Below are positions 57,880 through 64,000 of a stretch of 64,000 bases of DNA, piece after piece. The stretch covers positions 3,968,001 to 4,032,000 of the forward strand of contig OY760937.1 of the NCBI GenBank assembly GCA_963664225.1. Reading direction: 5' to 3'. This DNA comes from Verrucomicrobiia bacterium (GTDB lineage Bacteria; Verrucomicrobiota; Verrucomicrobiia; Limisphaerales; UBA1319). The notes beneath the pieces were generated by a model. That model was not told the DNA's origin, searched no databases, and saw nothing but the letters and a program-made list of their open reading frames with translations. Position numbers and translations under genes: made by a program. The first letter of the stretch is position 1. Every line of letters starts with the position of its first letter.

Positions 57880-58902
57880 TTATTGTCCTCCGCCAACCAG
57901 TTTATTTGGGCGTGTCCAAAACGTGAATCGGTCGGCGAGGGCCGGGGCCAGGCCGCGTGGAAAATAGATCAGCGTGCAGACCAAAAGCAGTCCATAGAGC
58001 AGTTGCTCGTAGCGGGCAATTTCAGTAATGCCCATTTTTCCACCCAGGGTTGTGATGCCCTCATGCAGCAGCGTCATTACCATGGCGCCCAATATGCCCC
58101 CCCAGACGTTTCCCATGCCGCCCACCACCGCCATGGTGATGAGGCTGATCGAAAACATGAGGCCGAATTCTTCCGGCCCCAAGTACGATGGGGTATAGAC
58201 AAAAGCGTAGAGGACGCCGCCCAATGCAGCCAGCACTCCGGAGGCGGTGAACACCTTGAGTTTTAATTGAAACACCGGCACTCCCAATGAGGCGGCCGCG
58301 TCTTCATCTCCGTCGATCGCCTTGAGCGCACGGCCCACAGGGGAGACGGTTAGAAATAACGCCCACAAAAGGACCAGCCAGACGACAAACCAGATGAAGT
58401 ATGCCTTGGCCAGCGGGCGACCCGTTAAAAGACCGAAGAGGCTGAATTCAGGCAGGTCATAAAGCCCGGCCGCGCCACCGGTGATTTTGGATTTGGTGAT
58501 GAATTCCGAGACGATGACTCCCAGGCACAGCGTGGCCAGCGCCAGGTGATGCCCTTTGAGCCGCAGCACCATGCATCCGGAGGCATAGGCCATCGCGCCG
58601 CCCGCCACCAAGGCCATCGGCGCCGCCAGCCAGACCGGCATGCCCATGCTGGCGCAGCAGACCGCTCCGAAATAGGCGCCGAATCCGTAAAACCCCGCGT
58701 GCCCCAATGATACTTGCCCCGTGAATCCCATCAGCAATGTGAGTCCGGTGACGATGATGGCGTAGATACCGCAGAGTTGGAGCAGGGGCAGCAGGTAGGC
58801 ATAGCCGCCCCGCGCCAGCAACGGCAGCAACAGGATCAATGCAAGCATCAGCGCCGGGCCGCGCATAAGCTCCCGGTAGGTGGATGGAGTGGCGTGTTTC
58901 AA
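57880..58902 (-). CDS. Branched-chain amino acid ABC transporter permease (LivM-like)
   Basis: GFTGQVSLGHAGFYG.GAY, GRALKAI..DE.AA..LG, VVGGMG. Confidence 0.88.
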   Translation of the reverse strand: MKHATPSTYRELMRGPALMLALILLLPLLARGGYAYLLPLLQLCGIYAIIVTGLTLLMGFTGQVSLGHAGFYGFGAYFGAVCCASMGMPVWLAAPMALVAGGAMAYASGCMVLRLKGHHLALATLCLGVIVSEFITKSKITGGAAGLYDLPEFSLFGLLTGRPLAKAYFIWFVVWLVLLWALFLTVSPVGRALKAIDGDEDAAASLGVPVFQLKLKVFTASGVLAALGGVLYAFVYTPSYLGPEEFGLMFSISLITMAVVGGMGNVWGGILGAMVMTLLHEGITTLGGKMGITEIARYEQLLYGLLLVCTLIYFPRGLAPALADRFTFWTRPNKLVGGGQ

Positions 58903-59080
58903 AAGGATTTCCCGGTCATTACGACTTAAAGCCTGCCATGCCTGACTCTTCAGATCGTTTCATCCGATGGCAAAAATTGACGGTATGCGCCCAGTATTAA
59001 ATTGGCCTGTATGAACCTGGGTCTTTTTAAATAAACACCCTGCGTGCGTCGAGAGGAAAGCGGGAACTGGCTCCCTGCCT

Positions 59081-59380
59081 TTAATGGCGTCGCTGCCGAT
59101 CCCTGTTTCGAAGGTGTTTTGTCGCCGTGGGTTGACGGATTGACAGCCCAAGCCGTATGCATTCCTCGATCATTGTCTGCCTGTCGAATTCCCAGATCGG
59201 ATCGCCATTGGTCTCGATCACCCATTGGTTCCAGGGTGTCCGCCACAACCGCACCCTTGCGTCGCCTTCTCCGTTCTGGTCCAGAAGGATCATGAATTCC
59301 TCAGACTTTCCTTTGGCGGCGGCCCGTTTTCTGATTCCAATGGAATCGCTGTCTTTGCATTTTAATCGTGTTGTGATCAT
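59081..59380 (-). CDS. Hypothetical protein (99 aa)
   Basis: ATG ORF filling an intergenic gap; plausible composition but no recognised motif. Confidence 0.4.
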   Translation of the reverse strand: MITTRLKCKDSDSIGIRKRAAAKGKSEEFMILLDQNGEGDARVRLWRTPWNQWVIETNGDPIWEFDRQTMIEECIRLGLSIRQPTATKHLRNRDRQRRH

Positions 59381-59491
59381 GTGACTTTTAACGTGGCATG
59401 ATCATAGTCCTCTAAAATGTGTCGCATCAAACTTTAAACGCGCCGTCCCTCCGGCGCCGTGGAATTGGTGGAATGCAATCTGGATGGGGAC

Positions 59492-59527
59492 AAAAAAACG
59501 CCGTCTGGCACGGGGCCGGACGGCGTT
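59492..59527 (-). terminator. Intrinsic terminator of hppA
   Basis: AACGCCGTC...GACGGCGTT followed by a T tract on the minus strand. Confidence 0.8.
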
Positions 59528-59550
59528 GTGAAAACAACGTTTAAAGCGGG

Positions 59551-62001
59551 TTATTTACCGGCTTTGATGCTCTTTTCATCGGGAATACGCATTCCGTAGA
59601 AGGAGCGATAGACGAAGATCAAGGCGATCACGAAGAAGATGGCGCCGATGATCCGGGATTGCTGCTGCAATTTCTGTTTCTCCATTTCGACGGCGATCTC
59701 AACCGCCAGCAAGCCGAAGAGCGTGGTGAATTTGATCACCGGGTTCAACGCGACCGAGGAGGTGTCCTTGAAGGGATCGCCCACGGTGTCGCCCACGACT
59801 GTGGCCGCATGCAGATCGGTGCCCTTGGCGCGCATATCCACTTCGACGATCTTCTTCGCGTTATCCCAGGCGCCGCCGGCGTTGGCCATGAAGATGGCCT
59901 GGAACAGACCGAAGAAGGCGATGGCGATCAGGTAGCCAATGAAGAAATAGGCATTAAAGAAAGGCAATGCCAGCGAGAAGCAGAAGATCACGATAAAAAT
60001 GTTCCACATACCCTTTTGGGCATAGACCGTGCAGATACGCACGACTTCCTTGCTGTCCGCCAATGAGGCCTTCGCCGCATCGAGCTTGATGTGCTCTTTG
60101 ATATAAACAACCGCGCGGTAAGCGCCGGTGACCACCGCCTGGGTGGAGGCACCCGTGAACCAATAGATCACCGAGCCGCCCATGAGCAGGCCCAGGATGA
60201 TTTCCGGCTGCACGAGACTCAAACGGGGAATAACATCGCCGAAGACGTTTTCGAGGAGGATGATGATACCGAACACCATGGTGGTCGCGCCGACCACCGC
60301 GGTTCCGATGAGCACCGGTTTGGCTGTGGCCTTGAACGTGTTGCCCGCGCCGTCGCCCTTTTCGAGGAGGTGCTTGGCGTTATCAAAGTCAGGCTCAAAT
60401 CCGAAGTCCTTCTTGATCTCAGCCTTGATGTTCTTGATGCCTTCGATCTGGCTCAATTCATAAACCGATTGGGCGTTGTCCGTCACCGGCCCGAAGCTGT
60501 CCACCGCGATGGTTACAGGGCCCATGCCCAGGAAGCCGAAGGCCACCAGACCGAACGCGAAGATCGGCGCGGCGAAGGAGTATTTCGCGGGCATCAATGC
60601 CACCAGAACCGGGTTCTGTGAAAAATAATAGGAGGCCAACATCAGAATCATGATGGTCAGACCCTGCCAGAAGGCGGAGAAATTACCGGCCACAAACCCG
60701 GACAATACGTTCAGGGAGGCGCCACCGTGCTCGGAGCAATTGACGACTTCCTTCACATGGCGGGAATTGGTGCTGGTGAAGACCTTGGTGAACTCGGGGA
60801 TGATCGCGCCCGCCACCGTGCCGCAACTGATGATGCAGGAGAGGACCCACCAAAGATCAGCCATACCAGGGAGGTTGGCTAGCAACAGGTTGCTGGCCAC
60901 AAAGGTGATGACAATGGAAACAATTGAGGTCAGCCAGACCAAATGGGTCAACGGAGCCTCGAAATCGAAATCCTTCTTGCCGCCGTAAAGCGCCTTGCTG
61001 ATGATCTCGTTCACAAAGTAAGAGACCAGCGAGGTCACAATCATCAAACTGCGCATCACAAAGATCCAGATGATCAATTGGCCGCAGATCACGGGGCTGG
61101 CGGTAAGGGCCAGAGCCAGGAATGCCACCAAAGCCACGCCGGTCACTCCGTAGGTTTCGAAACCGTCCGCTGTCGGCCCGACGCTGTCACCCGCGTTGTC
61201 GCCGGTGCAGTCCGCAATGACACCCGGATTCTTGGGATCGTCTTCAGGAAGTTTGAACACGATCTTCATCAGGTCCGATCCGATGTCCGCAATCTTGGTG
61301 AAAATACCACCGCAAATGCGCAGGGCGCTGGCACCCAGGGATTCGCCAATCGCGAAGCCGATGAAGCAGGGGCCGACCAGGTCCGCTGGCAGACCCACCA
61401 AAATCAGGATCATGAAGCAGAGTTCCACGCACACGAGCAGCAAACCAACGCTCATGCCCGAGCGCAGCGGAATGCTTAACGTCAGAAGAGGATTGCCCTT
61501 GAGCGCGGAGAAGGCGGCGCGGGAATTGGCCCGGGTGTTAATCCGGATGCCGAACCAGGCCACACCGTAGGAACCCAGAATACCGAGGATCGAACAGGTC
61601 AGAATTACCGCCACGGTGCCAACGCTGTTTTTCTGCAATCCATAGAAATAATAGGTCATGCACGCCGCGATCAACACCCAGAGCACGGAAAGAAACCGGC
61701 CCTGCTGGAACAAATAGGTTTTGCAGGTCTCCCAGATGATGTCCGAGACATTCCTCATGGAGCTGTGCACGGGCAGTTTGTCTGTCTGGACATATTGCAC
61801 CAGCCCGAACAACGCACCCAGAGCGCAGATCGCCAGACCCAGGTACATCAACATCATTCCCGAGACTTGCGATCCGAGAATGTTAAAAGTGACTGAATGA
61901 AGGTCCGGTAGTTTAATGTCCGCTTCGCCCGCCATAGCGCAAGCAGCGCTGGCGCCTAAGAGCGTGAGCGTTCCCCACGTACGTGATTTGCCAAACAACA
62001 T
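59551..62001 (-). CDS. hppA: Membrane-integral ion-pumping pyrophosphatase (divergent subfamily)
   Basis: GGIFTKIADIGSDL, EDDPKNPGVIADCTGDNAGD, GPVTDNA, GNTFKA, GGAWDNAKK, GDTVGDPFKDT. Confidence 0.93.
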   Translation of the reverse strand: MLFGKSRTWGTLTLLGASAACAMAGEADIKLPDLHSVTFNILGSQVSGMMLMYLGLAICALGALFGLVQYVQTDKLPVHSSMRNVSDIIWETCKTYLFQQGRFLSVLWVLIAACMTYYFYGLQKNSVGTVAVILTCSILGILGSYGVAWFGIRINTRANSRAAFSALKGNPLLTLSIPLRSGMSVGLLLVCVELCFMILILVGLPADLVGPCFIGFAIGESLGASALRICGGIFTKIADIGSDLMKIVFKLPEDDPKNPGVIADCTGDNAGDSVGPTADGFETYGVTGVALVAFLALALTASPVICGQLIIWIFVMRSLMIVTSLVSYFVNEIISKALYGGKKDFDFEAPLTHLVWLTSIVSIVITFVASNLLLANLPGMADLWWVLSCIISCGTVAGAIIPEFTKVFTSTNSRHVKEVVNCSEHGGASLNVLSGFVAGNFSAFWQGLTIMILMLASYYFSQNPVLVALMPAKYSFAAPIFAFGLVAFGFLGMGPVTIAVDSFGPVTDNAQSVYELSQIEGIKNIKAEIKKDFGFEPDFDNAKHLLEKGDGAGNTFKATAKPVLIGTAVVGATTMVFGIIILLENVFGDVIPRLSLVQPEIILGLLMGGSVIYWFTGASTQAVVTGAYRAVVYIKEHIKLDAAKASLADSKEVVRICTVYAQKGMWNIFIVIFCFSLALPFFNAYFFIGYLIAIAFFGLFQAIFMANAGGAWDNAKKIVEVDMRAKGTDLHAATVVGDTVGDPFKDTSSVALNPVIKFTTLFGLLAVEIAVEMEKQKLQQQSRIIGAIFFVIALIFVYRSFYGMRIPDEKSIKAGK

Positions 62002-62285
62002 ATTTGTGTTTATTATTGTGTACTGTTATATTCTAAACCCGGTCAAAACCCGAAAGTTTAAAAAACTGAAGTATAGGCTATAAAGAAACGGCTGAATGGT
62101 GTCAAGCCGATACCCCTTTTCTGCGCTTTTTAGGGAATTGGGAAAGAATGTCCATTTTAGGGGAAAATTCGGACATTCTCCCATTTAGTCTCACTCTTAC
62201 CGCCTCAATTGTATTGCTTTACATCACAATCGGCCTCGCAACTCTGGATAATTGCGGAACGTGGTGGTCGATATGATCGAATCTT

Positions 62286-63398
62286 TCAGAAAGCCTCTTT
62301 CAGCAACGGCAGCCGGATTTGGAATATGGCGCCCCGGCCTGTTTCCTCCCGGGTCGAAATGCTGCCTTTGTGGTCCTGGATGATGCGCTGGCAGATCGAC
62401 AGGCCCAATCCGGTGCCTTGAGCTTTGCCATAGGTTGCGAAGGGCTGGAACAGGCGTTGGCGAATTTCCGGGGCGATTCCGGGCCCTTCATCCTCGATTT
62501 CCGTGATCAAATAGCCCGTAACGATGAGAAACCGCAGGGTAATCCTGCCGCCTCCGGGCATGGCATCCATGGCATTATTAATGAGGTTATGGATCGCATG
62601 GGAGAAACGTCGTGGGTCGAGTAACACGCGCAGATCGGGCGGGGGACTCTCAAAATCGATGAAAACGGAGCGCTGGCTGGCATCGGGCCGGATTTCCTCA
62701 AGCAACTGGTTGATAAACAATGGGTAATGGACGGGCGATAGCACGTTGTTGGTTTGCGCGCCACGCGTGAACTCCAGCAGTTCGTTGATCATGTCCGTCA
62801 ACCGGGCGACCTGGTGATTGATGCGCCTCTGGGCGAGACGGCGCATTTCAGGAGTGGCCTGCTCCGTGGCGACAAGGTCCGCCGCCAGGTTGATGATGGC
62901 CAAAGGATTTTTGAAATCATGAACAATGGAGCGGGCAAAGCGGCCCACCAGGGCCAGGCGCTCGGCTTGAAGGAGTTCCTGGACATATTGGCGGTCGAAT
63001 TCGCGCAAACGCCGACTGAACTCGCGGACCAGGGTGAAGGCCAGCAGGGGGGATCGCGCCAGGGCCTTCAACAAACCTTCCCGGGGAATGAACCACAAGG
63101 CGCAAAGCTCCTCGGCAATGGCTGTGGCGGATCGGTTGCCGTCGTCCAGAACCGCCATTTCTCCGAAATATTCGCCGGGTCCCAGATGGGAAAGCCATTG
63201 CGGGGATTCCTGTCCGGGGACCGTGGCGCAAATGCCAACTCTTCCATGAGCCACGACGAACATGCCATCACCGGGATCGCCTTCGCGAAATATGGCCTCC
63301 TGGGCGGCCACCTGCCTGAAAGTGCTGATGGCGATGACGGACGCCATTTCCGCAGGAGCCAACCCTTGAAACAGCCGGGCATGTTCAAGACCAACCAT
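62286..63398 (-). CDS. Cytoplasmic cNMP-binding domain histidine kinase
   Basis: FREGDPG, FGEMA...RSATA; H-box HDFKNPL; N-box NAMDA, DEGPGI, GTGLGL. Start 63398 chosen. Confidence 0.9.
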   Translation of the reverse strand: MVGLEHARLFQGLAPAEMASVIAISTFRQVAAQEAIFREGDPGDGMFVVAHGRVGICATVPGQESPQWLSHLGPGEYFGEMAVLDDGNRSATAIAEELCALWFIPREGLLKALARSPLLAFTLVREFSRRLREFDRQYVQELLQAERLALVGRFARSIVHDFKNPLAIINLAADLVATEQATPEMRRLAQRRINHQVARLTDMINELLEFTRGAQTNNVLSPVHYPLFINQLLEEIRPDASQRSVFIDFESPPPDLRVLLDPRRFSHAIHNLINNAMDAMPGGGRITLRFLIVTGYLITEIEDEGPGIAPEIRQRLFQPFATYGKAQGTGLGLSICQRIIQDHKGSISTREETGRGAIFQIRLPLLKEAF

Positions 63399-63526
63399 TC
63401 GCGTAGCATAATCGTTTGAGCCTCCTCCGTAAAGGACGAAAATCCAGAGCGTTTGACGGCGTAAAAAGGCTTTTCTTGGACTGCGGAAACGCATAGGTTT
63501 TGCGCGAACCACATTTAAGAACGCAT

Positions 63527-64000
63527 ATGAAATTACAACGTCGCGACTTTTTCAAAATGTCCGCCATGGCCGGCGCCGCTCTGGCCGCCCTGCCTCAAAC
63601 CGTCAAAGCCTTCACACTGCCCGATCCGCAACCGGCCGCCCAATTGAATCTCTCCTGCCAGGAAGGTGTGGCTCCCGGCAAAACACTGACTGAGAAACTC
63701 GATTTCATGGAAGCCAACGGGTTCGTGGGTTTTGAACCCGGCGGCGGCAATCTTGGAAAACGTGTGGAAGAGATCAAGAAGGCCCTGGAAGGCCGCAAGA
63801 TCAAGGTGAGCGCCATTTGCGCGGGCTTCAGCGGGGTCATCATTTCTGAAAAGGAAGAGGAACGCCAAAAGGCGATGGACTCCATGAAGGAGATCCTGAC
63901 CGCGGCCGGAGCGCTGGGCTCCACCGGCTTGATCATCGTGCCCGCGTTCAATGGTCAGACCAAGATGGGTCACCAGGAAGGGCGCGAACTGCTCGTGAAA
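63527..64000 (+). CDS. Tat-exported sugar phosphate isomerase/epimerase (xylose isomerase-like TIM barrel); runs off the window
   Basis: Manual translation MKLQRRDFFK (twin arginine)...GFVGFE...LG.TGLIIVPAF; absent from the ORF track. Confidence 0.8.
   Translation, partial: MKLQRRDFFKMSAMAGAALAALPQTVKAFTLPDPQPAAQLNLSCQEGVAPGKTLTEKLDFMEANGFVGFEPGGGNLGKRVEEIKKALEGRKIKVSAICAGFSGVIISEKEEERQKAMDSMKEILTAAGALGSTGLIIVPAFNGQTKMGHQEGRELLVK

Overview
64 kb of chromosome from a Verrucomicrobiota bacterium. The 16S carries the EUB338-III target ACACCTACGGGTGGCAGC and the 27F variant AGAGTTTGATTCTGGCTCAG; the gene style suggests subdivision 3 / Pedosphaera-like (inference). Housekeeping content: an atypical clpX, infC, prc, lon-hsp20, bioD, two rRNA operons in direct tandem, ymdB, tonB-exbBD, infA, rsmB, a long greA and a divergent membrane pyrophosphatase. 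These are mixed with several secreted glycoside hydrolases and an orphan decaheme MtrC/OmcA-type cytochrome. An accessory segment at about 4.2-11.1 kb holds an apparently complete group II intron, a truncated WHH-type nuclease toxin tip with its probable immunity gene, two 140-bp non-coding direct repeats, short 9-nt-period motifs and rcnA. The strongest observation is that the intron's EBS1/EBS2 sequences are complementary to the terminal inverted repeat of a 164-bp MITE-like element at 14488-14651. The intron sits exactly at the end of another copy of that repeat, so it appears programmed to home into transposon ends, and both MITE ends are empty predicted targets. All calls come from reading the sequence; no database searches were run.
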